DNA from: Octopus sinensis
Lineage: Eukaryota
Assembly (NCBI RefSeq): GCF_006345805.1
Contig: NW_021834322.1
Span: forward strand, 3,770-67,769
DNA length: 64,000 bases
Direction: 5' to 3'
The notes below the pieces were generated by a model that was not told the DNA's origin, searched no databases, and saw nothing but the letters and a program-made list of their open reading frames with translations. The translations under genes were made by a program, and so were the position numbers. Position 1 is the stretch's first letter. Each line of letters opens with the position of its first letter. Below, in pieces: positions 48,990 through 62,480 of the stretch.

Positions 48990-49440
48990 CAGAGAAAATA
49001 GTCTTTGTGTGTGGCAAATGTGCAGGTATAGTAATCACTAAAAATGCATAGACTCCCTAAAATGATTGGGGGATCATTAGAAGTAGGAGATAGCTTCTGT
49101 TGCCTAGGAGACCAAGTTAGTATTGGGGGAGAACGTTCTGAAAGTGTCGTTGCTAGAATAAGATTGGGCTGGTCAAAGTTCATAGAGTTTCCACCTTTGA
49201 TGGTAACTAAGGTGCTGTCCATCGGAGTGAAAGGTAGGTTGTATGATGCCTGTGTATGTACAGCTATGTTGCACGACAGTGAAACATAGAATTTGATTAT
49301 AGAAGACTTGCAAAAGCTTGAAAGAAATGAAGCCAGCATGCTCTGCTGGATGGGTAGTGTCAGTGCGCATACACAAGAGAGTGTGAATGATTTAAGGTAT
49401 AAGAGGCATCAGATATTGTGTGCAAGAGAGAAGACTGTGC
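48990..49440 (+). mobile_element. RTE-clade LINE fragment (RT C-terminal region)
   Basis: SLEVGDSFCCLGDQVS...VVARIRLGWSKF...KGRLYDACV..AMLHDSET*...LQKLERNEASMLCWM. Confidence 0.85.
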
Positions 49441-49607
49441 TAGTTTGTATATATATAGATGTACATGTAATATGTACACATATATACATGCACTAGCACT
49501 ATGACCCGACAACAACGGGTCATAATGCTAGTATATATATATATATATATACCCACACATACACACGTGCATGCACACACACATATATAAACACACATAT
49601 AAGGAGG

Positions 49608-49815
49608 AGACCCCCTTTGGTCATGACTGACCATGGGATTGCACCTAGAAAGTTACCCTCTGAGACACAAGTCAGGGCAAGATTGCTTATGGAAGACCAG
49701 CAGTCACCCATGCACACCAGCCTCCCCTTTCTGTGCCACCGCTGTTATCCAAAAGAAAGGCAAAGGGGCCAATACAGCTTGGCACTTGTGATGTTGCAAC
49801 TCATTTCTACAGCTG
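49608..49815 (-). mobile_element. Partial family G SINE
   Basis: GGTCATGACTGACCATGGGATTGCACCTAGAAAG, shared with the 53415-55405 copies. Confidence 0.75.
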
Positions 49816-49886
49816 TGCCTTCACAAACATATGTGTGTGTAAAACATACATATACTCACACACACACACACAGACACACACGTGTT

Positions 49887-50873
49887 CAGGGGTCAGACAA
49901 AATAATGAAAATACCTTGCATCATAGCATCATAATTTTGAAATATCTATAAAACCATCAAAGTTTGTTTATTTTTATGCTTTCTGATTTATTAATAGTGT
50001 TGCTTAAGATGTTTTGCTAAAATTGATGTTTCTTTTCAGATATCATCAGAAAAAGGTAATTAAAATTCATTAAAAGGACAGATCTATCAGACTTTGAAAG
50101 AGGTCAAATTGTTGGTGCTCGTATGGCAGGCGCTAGCGTAATGAAAGCAGTTGAAATGTTTGGTTTATCAAGAAGTAGTGACTCGAAAGTAATGACAACC
50201 TTTGAGAAAGAGGGAAAAACTTTGTCAAAACAAAACTCCGGAAGAAAACCAAAACTTTCAGATAGGAACCATCGGATTCTTACGCGAATTGTTAAAAAGT
50301 ATCACAAAAGTACAGCTCCCAAAATTACTGCAGAGCTTAATGACTACCTCGAGAACCCAGTTTCCACAAAAACTGTTTGCTGGGAGCTGCACAAAGCTGG
50401 GTGCAATCAGAAAGCCATTGCTTTCAAAAACAAACATTGCAAAGCATTTAGAGTGGAGTAAAACCCTACAGAATTGGTCCCTGGAGCAGTGGAAGAATGT
50501 TATTTTCTTGGACGAGTCATCCTTTACCGTATTTCCAACCACTGGTTGAGTATACATGTGGAGAGAGCCAAAAGAAGCATTTGACCCAGACTGCCTTCTT
50601 CCAACTGTTAAACATGGAGGAGGATCTGTGATTATCTGGAAGGGCTATATCTTGGGAATTCACCAGCCCAATGGTTTCCCTTCATGGCAGAATTAATAGT
50701 CAAGACTATTTAAACATTTTATCTGTTCAAATTCATCCTATGTTTGCAGAACTGTTTCCGGGGGGAAACACAATCTTTCAGGATGATAATGCACCAATTC
50801 ACACAGCTAAAGTTGTTACTGAATGGCATGAAGAACATTCTAGTGAAGTTGAGCATCTTATCTGGCCACCACA
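49887..50873 (+). mobile_element. Tc1-like transposon, 3'-truncated pseudogene
   Basis: CAGGGG.. TIR-like start; DLSDFERGQIVGAR..SGRKPKL..; WKNVIFLDES; VKHGGGSV; IFQDDNAPIH..WPPQ. Truncated before the DDE glutamate, with frameshifts and a stop. Confidence 0.9.
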
Positions 50874-51527
50874 AGGCTTTGGTCAGCCCAAGGCTAGAGT
50901 GAAAGACACTAGTTCATGTTGTCATGCAGTAAGACTGAACCTGGAACCATGTCGTTGGGAAGCAGACTCCTTACCACAAAGCCACACCTTGCCAGCTGTC
51001 TCTGTTACTGCAGTTTTTTGGCCCCAGGCTGACCAAAGCCTTGTGGGTGGATTTGTTAGACAAAAACTGAAAGAAGCCCATCGTATATATGTATGTATGT
51101 ATATATATATATATATCATCATCATCGTTTATGTATGGGGGTGTATATGTTTGTGTGTATGTTTTTGTCCCCCCCCCAGCATCACTTGACGATCGATGCT
51201 GGTGTGTTTACGTCCCTGTAACTTAGCGGTTCGGCAAAAGAGACCAATAGAATAAGTACTAGGCTTACAAAGAATAAGTCCTGGGGTCGATGTGCTTGAC
51301 TAAAAGCGGTGGTCCAGCATGGCCACAGTCAAATGACTGAAATAAATAAAAGAGTAAAGAGTATATATGTGTATATATATCATCATCATCATCATCATCG
51401 TTTAGTGTCCGCTTTCCATGCTAGCATGGGTTGGACGGGTCAACTGGGGTCTGGGAAGCCAGAAGGCTGCACCAGGCCCAGTTTAATCTGGCAGTGATTC
51501 TACGGCTGGATGCCCTTCCTAACGCCG
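50874..51527. mobile_element. SINE jumble: - family A head, + family A body, - family C 3' end
   Basis: Match other copies. Confidence 0.75.
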
Positions 51528-51699
51528 AATATATATATATATATATATATAAGTTGAGTTAAAATTTAGATTCAGATGAATATGGTACTTACGTTGAAGG
51601 CACCAGAATTTAGTATGGTATTATCCATATAATTTAAAATAAGGTGATTATAATCAAAATAAGCAACATTACCTCTGGATATCCTTGTTGCTTATTTTA

Positions 51700-51740
<41 letters not shown>

Positions 51741-51759
51741 AGGAAGAGAGTGGAAACTC

Positions 51760-51984
51760 ACCACAGGGCAAGTGGACAGCAGAAGTCTTAATCTTCAAAA
51801 GAAGAACTCCTGCAAAGCAAAATTTTTTACCTGTTAGTTCCTGACGCTCTAAGGGAGCCAGGCTCACCCATATAGTAACTCCCAGATGTCCTTCTACTAT
51901 TAATATATAAATGCCACCTTCAGTGGGGATTGAACCTGAAATTTTGGGGATGAGCTTATTGCTCAGCCACTCAAGCCATATGAC
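51760..51984 (-). mobile_element. Further tRNA-headed SINE-like element (single copy here)
   Basis: Minus strand A-box-like TGGCTTGAGTGG and B-box-like GGTTCAATCCC. Confidence 0.5.
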
Positions 51985-52159
51985 TTTTTGCTGTTCCAAA
52001 CTAGGTTCCTTTCCTCCTATGTTTAGTGGCTTGCTCTATTCCTTTTCAGTTCCATCCATCCTGTCTTTTTGTCCATAACCATATTCAGCTCTTCTCACCT
52101 GTCTCTGACAGGTGTCTCTTTATCGTTATTCTTTTGCAACATTTGATTCTTAGCTGACC

Positions 52160-52680
52160 AAGTACTTGGCACAAGACACCATGACAAACCAAGCTGGTCA
52201 AGTAGTTGGCAGATGGATGCTGTGAGAAACTGAGCTGACCTCGGAGTGACCACATAGATGCTGCAACAAAGATGACCTTGGAGTGGCCACATAGATGCTG
52301 CAACAAAGATGACCTTGGAGTGACCACATAGATGCTGCAACAAAGATGACCTTGGAGTGGCCACATAGATGCTGTCACAAACCATGATGACCTGGTGGTT
52401 GGCAGATGGATGCTGTGATAAACCAAGCTGACCAAGTAGTGGTCACTGGTTACTGTAACAAACTAAGCTGACCTGTAGTTCACACACAGACAACGTAACA
52501 AACCCAGCTGACCAAGCAGTTGGCACATTGATGCTGTGACAAGCTCCAATGACCTAGTAGTTGGTGTATGGATGCTTCGATAAATTAAGCTGACTGAGGA
52601 GTGGCCACAGAGATGCTGTTAGAAAGGAAATTGACCTAGCAGTTGACACATGGACACTAAAACAAACTGAAGTGAATGCT
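52160..52680. repeat. 37-bp-core tandem repeat with degenerate 37-41-bp flanking units
   Basis: GAGTG(A/G)CCACATAGATGCTGCAACAAAGATGACCTTG at a 37-bp period (52244, 52281, ...). Confidence 0.85.
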
Positions 52681-52989
52681 ATAACAAACATGTATAAATG
52701 GAAAACGAAGAAAAATGGTTGAGAGAAAGAAGAAACCAATTTTTGAAGCGTATCAGAGAGAGGTCCAAGAGTACATGAAGTACAGCGATGACTGTACAAC
52801 TATTACCTAATATTCTAAAATAATATACACCCAAGAATAATTAAATTAAACTAAACTATATTAACATAACACACGACGAAATATTAAAATTATTACCAAT
52901 AAAATCAATAAAATTAAATAATCTATTTTATACTCAAATGGAATTAAAAATTCATACTATTAAGATACTTATTATTTCTTTGATCTGAG

Positions 52990-53763
52990 ACCTCCTTCGG
53001 TCACGACACAGACCATGGGATTGAACCTAGAAAGTTAGCCTCCCAGTCACAAGTCCGGGCAAGGCTGTTTATGGTAGACCAGCAGTCGAAACCACACACT
53101 CATATTTTATGCTTGTTTAGAGGGCAATTTGATGAAATCAACCACTAATTAAATCCCTGGTGTCTGTCTTATATTACTAACCCTGGAAGAATGAAAGATA
53201 GATGTTGACCTTAACAGCATATGGAATTACAAACCAAACTTCTTATCAGACAACCACACCTGCACCTACCAATATTCAATTACAAAAATGTAATAGAATT
53301 TTTTTAGACATTGAATGGCCAGGAGGGTCCACCCAAGTAAAAGAGGAATCAAAGGGGTGCATAGGTAGGAAAATGGTTGAGAACCACTAATCTAGCAGTT
53401 ATATCTGACACTGCTGAGACCCACTTCAGTCATGACTGACCATGGGATTGCATCTAGAAAGTTACCCTCCCAGGCACAAGTCCGGGCAAGGTTGTTTATG
53501 GAAGACCAGCAATCGCCCATGCATACAGGCCTCCCCTCTCCATGCCACGAGTGTTATCCAAAGGAAAGGCAAAGGGGCTGATAGAACTTGGCACCTGTGA
53601 CATCACAGCTGAGTGATCTGAAACAACGTGAAATAAAGTGCCTTGCTCAAGAACACAACACGCAGCCCCATCCGGGATTCAAACTCATTACCTCAAGATC
53701 GTAAGCTCGATACTCTAACCACTGAGCCATGTGCCTTCACTTATATGTGTGTGTGTGTGTGTG

Positions 53764-53817
<54 letters not shown>

Positions 53818-55405
53818 AGGCGCAGGAGTGGCTGTGTCGTAAGTAGCTTGCTAACCAACCACATGGTTCCGGGTTCAGTCCCACTGCGTGGCATCTTGGA
53901 CAAGTCTCTTCTGCTATAGCCCTTGGCCGACCAATGCCTTGTGAGTAGATTTGGTAGACGGAAACTGAAAGAAGCCTGTCGTATATATGTATATATATAT
54001 GTGTGTGTGTGTTTGTGTGTCTGTGTTTGTCTCCCTAGCATTGCTTGACGACCGATGCTGGTGTGTTTACGTCTCCGTCACTTAGCGGTTCGGCAAAAGA
54101 GACCGATAGAATAAGTACTGGGCTTACAAAGAATAAGTCCCGGGGTCGATTTGCTCGACTAAAGGCGGTGCTCCAGCATGGCCACAGTGAAATGACTGAA
54201 ACAAGTAAAAGAGAAAAGAGAATATATATATATATATATATATATATGCTGAGACCCCTTTTAGTCATGAATGACCATGGCTTGCACCTAGAAAGTTAGC
54301 CTCCCAGGCACAAGTCTGGCCAAGGTTGTTTATGGAAGACCAGCACTCATGTTACCCAAGGGAAAGGCAAAGGGGCTGATACAGCTTGGCACCAGTGACG
54401 TCGCAACTCATTTCTACAGCTGAGTGAACAGGAGCAACGTGAAATAAAGTGTCTTGCTCAAGAACACAACACGCATCCCAGTCCGGGATTTGAACTCACA
54501 ACCTCACGATCGTAAGCTCGACGCTCTAACCACTGAGCCATGCACCTTCACATGCATTACCAATAGTATGTTAGTCTTGTTACCAACACCTTTTCACTGT
54601 AAAACAGAAGATTGCTACAGCTTCTCTATTCTGTTCCAAACAACAATTTGTAACAGACAAATAAAATCTGTAAGAATTTTTCTTTTTCGTTCTCTTAATT
54701 CATTTGGGACACATCACATTATCCCATAAAGTTTTAACTAATCTAATATTGTTTCTAAAAATTAGGGTAAAAGGGCAAAAACCCCCTTCGGTCATGACTG
54801 ACCATGGGATTGCACCTAGAAAGTTCCCTTCCAAAGTACAAGTCCAGGCAAGTTTGTTTATGGAAGACCAACAGTCGCCCACGCATACAAGCCTCCACCT
54901 CTCCACACCACCAGTGTTATCCAAGGGAAAGGCAAAGGGACCAATATGGCTTGGCACCAGTGACGTTGCAACTCATTTCTACAGCTGAGTGAACTGGAGC
55001 AATGTGAAATAAAGTGTCTTGCTCAAGAACACAACACAGCCTGCTCTGGGAATAGAACTCACTACCTCATGATTGTAGAGGCACATGGCCTAGTGGTTAG
55101 AGCAGCGGACTCGCAGTCGAGGGATCGCAGGTTCGAATCTAAGACCGGGCAATGTGTGTGTTTATGAGTGAAACACCAAAGCTCCACACGGCTCCAGCAG
55201 ATGGTAATGGCGAACTTCTACTGACTCTTTCGTCACAACTTTCTCTCACTTTTTCCTCCTGCATCTTGCAGCTCACCTGCAACAGATCAGGATCCTGTCC
55301 AAGGAAACCAGGAAACTAGCCCTTATGAGCCAGGCATGGCTCAAGAAGGAACAAACCTCATGATTGTGAGCCTGACGTTTTACCCACTGAGCTATGTGCT
55401 TTCAC
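52990..55405 (-). mobile_element. Cluster of family G tRNA-SINEs (52990-53090 partial, 53415-53740, 54248-54551, 54780-55405), with a family A copy at 53818-54220(+) and a family F copy at 55077-55354(+)
   Basis: Minus-strand heads GTGAAGGC(G/A)CATGGCTCAGTGGTTAGAG..GAGTT.GAAT.CC. A 13-bp duplication flanks the family F copy. Confidence 0.85.
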
Positions 55406-55651
55406 ACTATTAGGTAACATATACGGGTCACATCATCTCCCAGAAAGAGTGATATGCATCTAAAAACCCTTAAAGTTGCTACAAAATTTTGGGCCTCATA
55501 TTTCATATTCACTAAAGATCACAATATCAAAATATCCACTTCCTTGATAGAACAAAGAACTATGTCTTAAAAACTGGCTTCCCCTTCAGGGCCAGAAAAA
55601 GTTTAAAAAAAAGAATTTTATCCCTTGCCAGCTATTCATCATCATCATTAC

Positions 55652-55688
<37 letters not shown>

Positions 55689-55959
55689 GTCAGTCATCAC
55701 CACCACCACCATCACTACCACCACCACTGCCATCATTATCATCACCATCATCGTCATCATTACCATTATCATCATCATCCTCTTCATCATCATCATCATC
55801 ATCATCATCAATCCCTGAACATTATCATCTCAAATCCTGACTCATGGGGCTAGTTATTTGATCCCCAAGGCATAGAAATTACTGAGATCACAACATTTTC
55901 CCCACCTCCACCCAAAACCCAGTACTAGTCCATCACAGGGTTCATCCATTTACAGCTGG

Positions 55960-56310
55960 GTAAGTTGATTACATCGACCCCAGTGCTCAACTGTTGCTCA
56001 CTTTCACCAACCCTTAAAGGATGAAAGCCAAAGGTCGACCTCAGCAGGATTTGAACTCAGAATGTGAAGAATGATGAAATGTCGCTAAGCATTTTCATGC
56101 ATTCAAATTTTGGCAGAAGGCCAGGAATTCTTGGAGAGGGCTTAAGCTGATTACATTGACCCCAGAGCATAACTGGTACTTATTTTTTTGAACCCGAGAG
56201 GATGAAAAGTAAAGTTGACTTCAGCAGAATTTGAACTCAGAACGTAAAGATAAACAAAATACCACTATGCATTTTGTTCACTGTGCTAACAATTCTGCCA
56301 GTTCACTACC
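55960..56310 (-). mobile_element. Two degenerate family B SINEs
   Basis: AAGGATGAAAG..AAAG(G)T(C/T)GAC(C/T)TCAGCAG.ATTTGAACTCAGAA occurs twice. Confidence 0.75.
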
Positions 56311-56318
56311 TTCATTAG

Positions 56319-56815
56319 CATCTTGAAAGAGTCCAGAAGCTGGCTACCTGCATGGTTCTTGGTCTCAAGAATTTGTCTTATGAAGAAAGGCTGAAGACGC
56401 TCGACCGTTATTCTCTAGAAAGACGACGACATCGTGGTGATCTCATTCTCACTCACAACATCATAAGCAGAAAGTGTAACCTCTCGAAAGAGTTGTTCTT
56501 CACTCCTGCTCCAGAGCGTCGGCTGCGGGGTCACTCCTAAAAGCTCTATCTGCGACGATTTCATCTCAATCGAAGGAGAGGGGCTTTCTCCGTCCGGGTT
56601 GAGGATCCGTGGAATAAGCTGTCGAACGAGATGGTGAAGATGCCGACGACCGCTCGGTTCAAAGTCTCCCTTGACCACAAGTGACCTGAACTCTTTACAT
56701 GAACACCACCCTGTACATAACTCCATGTCTCCCTACATGGCCTTGCATTTTGCTTTTCGAGCCAAAAATTAACTAATTAACTAACTAAAAAATAATTAAC
56801 TAATTAACTAACTTA
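56319..56815 (+). mobile_element. CR1-clade LINE 3' end
   Basis: HLERVQKLAT...SYEERLKTLD..SLERRRHRGDLI...LRGHS*KL...RRGAFSVRV..PWNKL, then an (AATTAACT) tail. Confidence 0.9.
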
Positions 56816-57062
56816 GAATATTAAATATAATATAATAGAGATGCAGCACGGAATTTTGTCAGTGAACAGGTTGCAGTTTCAAAGCAACGAAAATATTTTA
56901 GTAAATTAAATTTAAATGTTGAAGTGAGTCTAACGCTTTTTGTGTGTTTCTTAAATGGCTTATAAACACCTTCCATGCTGCAATTGTTTTTGTTTCAGCA
57001 CACGATCTCAGATCAGGTCACTTGCTATGCAAGTACATTTCAGTAATATTACAATACTATTT

Positions 57063-57290
57063 AGGGCAGCAAGCTGGCAAATCGTTAGCATGCCAGGTGA
57101 AACAGCGGTTATGTCTGCCATTACATTCTGAGTTCAAATTCCGCCGAGGTCGACTTTGCCTTTGATCCTTTCGGGGTCGATAAATTAAGAACCAGTTACG
57201 AACTGGAGTTGATATAATTGACTTAATCCCTTTGTCTGTCCTTGTTTGTCTCCTCTATGTTTAGCCCCCTGTAGGCAATAAAGAAATAGA
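57063..57290 (+). mobile_element. SINE family B
   Basis: Matches other copies. Confidence 0.85.
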
Positions 57291-57344
57291 TATTACAATA
57301 TTTAATAAATCTCTGAACGAGGTATAAACAGTAACTGCATGACA

Positions 57345-57747
57345 ATGTGAAGTATATTTGCCACTTAAATGTGGCTAACCACTAAGGGTGGATGTTACTG
57401 TAGCTTGTAGCCCCAGGAGAATATCTTCTCCAGCTGGCTACTGACACACTTTCTGTGCCCTATTGGTATTTGCAAAGGGGAGTTATCCTTCCCATCGTCG
57501 ACCTGGCGTGATACACACAGACCCGGGTTTCTGATATTTACCAGTCATCAGTGCAGAAACCCAGAAACCCGGGTCCGTGCATATCACGCTGGGTCACCGA
57601 TGGGAAGGATGGTTTCCCTTTGCAAATACTGATAGAGCACAGAAAGTGTGTCAATAGCCAGCTGGAGATGTTCTCCTAGGACTACAAGCTACAGTAACAT
57701 CCACCCTTAGTGGTTAGCCACATTTAGATGGCAAATATACTTCACAT
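57345..57747. mobile_element. Foldback MITE with ~190-bp inverted arms
   Basis: 57345-57533 versus 57562-57747, roughly 85-90% complementary by eye. Confidence 0.88.
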
Positions 57748-57825
57748 ATTACAATATTGTTATGTGCATATTGGTGTCGTTGTTGTTGTTGTAGGTGGTG
57801 GTGGTGGTGGTGTCAAAGCTATTGT

Positions 57826-58055
57826 TGGGAAAACTGGCAGAAACGTTAGCACGCCAGGCGAAATGCTTTGCGGTATTTCGTCTGTCGTTACGTTCTGAGT
57901 TCAAATTCCGCCGAGGTCGACTTTGCCTTTCATCCTTTTGGGGTCGATAAATAAAGTACCAGTTTCGCACTGGGGTCGATGTAATCGGCTTAATCCGTTT
58001 GTCTGTCCTTGTTTGTCCCCTCTGTGTTTAGCTCCTTGTGGGTAGTAAAGAAATA
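57826..58055 (+). mobile_element. SINE family B
   Basis: Matches other copies. Confidence 0.85.
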
Positions 58056-58479
58056 TATTGTTGTGATTTCTATATTTCTTTTTGTTTTTGTTTTTATTGC
58101 TGTTGTTGTTTTTTTGTGGTTGTTGCTGCAGTTGCTGTGGTCATTAGGGTTAGGTTGTTCTAATCAACAATAATTGTTTTTGTTCACACTAGCTACAAGT
58201 CAACCAAAATTAATAAAGATTTCCATCCATGACCATCAAGTAAGATATTCAGACACAGATGCAAGAAACATAAGGGCTTGTATGTAGGATTACATTGTCT
58301 GATATGTCCTTCCATTTCACCCTTTTTAAATACCCTTGGGTGTTATTGAAAGGAGATTAGGCTGCTATTTCTAACAGCTAAGAAACCACAATGTCTGTCT
58401 CATGGCTGTTATTAGTGTTGTTGTTGTTGTTGTTGTAGGTGGTGATAAAGGTAGTGGTTTGGTTGTAGTGTCCTGGTAA

Positions 58480-59720
58480 CAAATGGTATGATGGTGGTAG
58501 TGGTGGTGGTGGTGGTGGACAGGTTGCTGGTGTTAGCAGTGGTGGTCATGGTGGTATTATTGGTATTAATGGTAGAGGTAGCAGTAACAGTTGTGGGGAT
58601 GGTAGTGGTAGTTGTTACAGAGTGTGGTAGTGGAGGTGATAGTGTTGGTGGTATTGGTGGTGTTGGCTGTAGTATTGGTGATAACGAGGTGGTTGTGGCA
58701 GTGCTAGTGGTGGTTAAGTGGTGAATGTTGTTGATTCAGAGAACAGCTGTAGGGTAATGCTGGTCTTGGACGTAGTGGTGTTGATGGTGGTGTTGGTGGT
58801 AGTGGTGTTGCTAGTGGTGGTAATGATGGTATGGGTGATGGTTGTAGTGATGGTTATGGCGAGAGTGGGAGAGAGTAGTGATGGCGATGATGCTGATGGT
58901 GACAAAAGAGAGATGAGTGATGTCTATGGTGGTGGAGATGGAGGTGATGTTGTTGTGTAGTAGTGATGATGGTAGTGGTGGTGGTGGTGGTGGAGGACAT
59001 TATAGGTGATGTTGTGTGGTAGTGATGGTAGTAGTGGTGGTGGTGGTGGTGGTGGAGGGCATGATAGGAGATGTGTGGTAGTGATGGTGGTAGTGGTGGT
59101 GGTAGTGGTTGTGGTGGTGGGGGCATTATAGGTGATGTTGTGTGGTAGTGATGGTGGTAGTGGTGGTTGTGGTGGTGGAGAGTATGATGATGGTGGTGGT
59201 GGTTTATGTGATGGCAGTGGTGGATTCGTTGTAGTGGTAGTGATGGTGTTGGCGATAGTGATGGTGGTGGTGGTGGTGGTGGTGGAGTGTATGATAGGTA
59301 TGTGGTAGTGATGATGGTAGTGGTGGTGGAGGGTATTATAGGTGATGTTGTGTGGTAGTGATGGTGGTAGTGGTGGTGGTGGTGGTGGAGGTTCTGATGG
59401 TGTTGGTGGTTTATGTGATGGCAGTGGCGGAGTCGTAGTAATGGTGGTGGTGGTGTTGGTGATAGTGATGATGTTTGTGGTGGTGGTGGTGGTGGTGATG
59501 GTGGTGATGGTGGTGGTGGTGTGATGGTGGTGGTGGTGGTGGATGGTTGTGGTGGTGGTGTGGTGATGGTGATGGTGGTGATGGTGATGGTGGTGGTGAT
59601 GGTGATTGGTGGTGTGGTGGTGGTGGGGTGATGGTGTGAGGGTGGTGGTGGTGGTGATGTGGTGATGGTGGTGTGGTGGTGGTGATGGTGGTGATGTGAT
59701 GGTGGTGGTGATGGTGATGG

Positions 59721-59751
<31 letters not shown>

Positions 59752-60110
59752 GTGGTGATGGTGGTGATGGTGATGGTGGTGGTGGTGGTGATGGTGGTGG
59801 TGGTGGTGGTGGGGGTGGTGATGGTGGTGGGTGGGGGTGGTGGTGATTGTGGTGATGGTGGTGATTGGTGGTGGTGGTGGTGATGGTGGTGATGGTGGTG
59901 GTGGTGGTGGTTGGTGATGGTGTGGTGGTGGTGATGGTGGTGATGGTGGTGGTGGTGGGTGATGGGGTGGTGGTGGTGATGATGGGATGGTGTTGGTGGT
60001 GTGATGGTGATGGTGTGATGGTGTGGTGGTGGTGATGGTGGTGATGGTGGTGATGGTGGTGATGGTGGTGATGGGGTGGTGGTGGTGATGGTGGTGGTGG
60101 TGGTAATGGC
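58480..60110. repeat. (GGT/GAT)n degenerate microsatellite
   Basis: Seen directly in sequence. Confidence 0.95.
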
Positions 60111-60249
60111 GGTTTCACAGCAGCGTTGATGTTGTGATTGGTGTCCTCTAAATTCACCCTCCACCACAGTTACTTGGGACATATGGTATGCAAAGGACAG
60201 CCATTGAGGGAGACGTACATCACATATGCACTTACGGAGACAGTCTCTT

Positions 60250-60251
60250 AT

Positions 60252-60294
<43 letters not shown>

Positions 60295-60816
60295 TATATA
60301 CACACATGTTCACACACACATGTTCATACACACTCATATACACACGTGTTCACATACACACACAACCAGATATATATATATATAGTGATTCATGTCTGAC
60401 TAGACTGATGGATAAACAGATGTATAGACGGACAGACAGACAGATAGGATAACATACTGCCACATAAATATATATATATATATAGACATACACACATATA
60501 CCTACATATACACACATACATAGACAAACACATATATACACATACATTTATATACATATCTCTTTACACACAGATACATATACACATACATACATGCATA
60601 CACACATACACTCACATACATAGACATGCACATATACATATATATACATACATATACATATATATATATATATATATATACATACATACATCTTTACACA
60701 CAGATACATACACACATACACTCACATACATAGACATGCACATACACATATATATACAGATACATACATATACATACATCTTTACACACAGATACATACA
60801 CATGTACGTACATACA

Positions 60817-60851
<35 letters not shown>

Positions 60852-61008
60852 GTACATACATACATACATACATACATACATACACACATACATACATACA
60901 TACATACATACATACATACATACGCACATACATACATACATACATACATACGCACATACATACATACATACATAGATACATTCATACATACATACATACA
61001 TACATACA

Positions 61009-61043
<35 letters not shown>

Positions 61044-61044
61044 G

Positions 61045-61078
<34 letters not shown>

Positions 61079-61379
61079 CATACATACATACATACATACA
61101 TACATACATACATACATGCATATATACATACGTACATACACGACATCCACCAGCTGTAGAAGTTGGCCAGTTACCTCCCCTGAATCCACGACCTTAAGTC
61201 CTCCCACTCATTCTACACAGATATACATATTGACATACATGCATACATACATAAACACCTATACATACACACACTTAAATATACGTGTGTGTAAGTGCAT
61301 TCGCGTATGTGCTTATGTATATATTTACACCTCCACTTTCCCTCACATGCTCTAGTATATGTAGAGATAGATAGAGAGA

Positions 61380-61411
<32 letters not shown>

Positions 61412-61414
61412 AAC

Positions 61415-61450
<36 letters not shown>

Positions 61451-61641
61451 GATAATAGATAATAGATAGATAGATGGATAGATAGAAATAGATAGATAGA
61501 TAGATAATAGATAAATAAATAGATAGATAGATGGATAATAGATGATAGATAGATAGATGGATAGATAGATAGATAGATAGATAGATAGGTAGGTAGTAAT
61601 GATAGATGATAGATAGAAGTAATAGATAATAGATAGTAGAT

Positions 61642-61672
<31 letters not shown>

Positions 61673-61760
61673 AGATAGACAGGTAGTATTGATAGACAAC
61701 GGCACAGATTGATATATACACACAGATACAAATAACATATGTACAGGCGTGTCTGTCTTC

Positions 61761-61807
<47 letters not shown>

Positions 61808-61878
61808 CAATATATATATATATATATATATAATACACATAGGCGTAGACAGATAGACAGAGACACAGTAAGAAAAGT

Positions 61879-61912
<34 letters not shown>

Positions 61913-61926
61913 TAGACAGACAGACA

Positions 61927-61957
<31 letters not shown>

Positions 61958-62339
61958 GTCAAACAGACAGATAGACAAGTAGACAGAGGGGAGCGATTGA
62001 CGTATGTTCAAAATCAACCCTTATTATTCTCATTAATCCTTACTGATATTCAATAACGGTTTGTGTTATACGCGGGAGCAGTAACTATTTCTAGCATACC
62101 AGGCGACCTCCAACAGGCTTCCGTCAAAGAGTCTCCTTACAGCTGTGGCTGTGGTTGTTTATATTTGTTCATACAGCAGTAGAAGTAGTTGTAGTTATTG
62201 TTGTTATTCTTCTTCTTGATTCAATATCGTTGTTCAGTCAAAGCTCTTTGTCGAACAGGTTACAGTACAGACGTTTATTTTTCTTTCAACAGTTGTTTAT
62301 TTAGAACCTGTCTATCGGTCTGTAATGACACCCCCTATA

Positions 62340-62420
<81 letters not shown>

Positions 62421-62429
62421 CTACTTTAC

Positions 62430-62480
<51 letters not shown>

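Noticed and set aside
50123-51189. Functional transposase gene
   Set aside because: Frameshifts, an in-frame stop and loss of the catalytic glutamate. The ORF tail at 50874-51189 is SINE sequence.
52690-52810. Protein-like frame KMVERKKKPIFEAYQREVQEYMKYSDDC
   Set aside because: Short, bounded by stops, with no convincing splice sites and no recognised homolog.
62090-62140. Minus-strand micro-exon VRRLFDGSLLEVA
   Set aside because: It overlaps what looks like a decayed repeat tail (CTATTTCTAGCA..., similar to ~58365), so a coding origin is unsupported.
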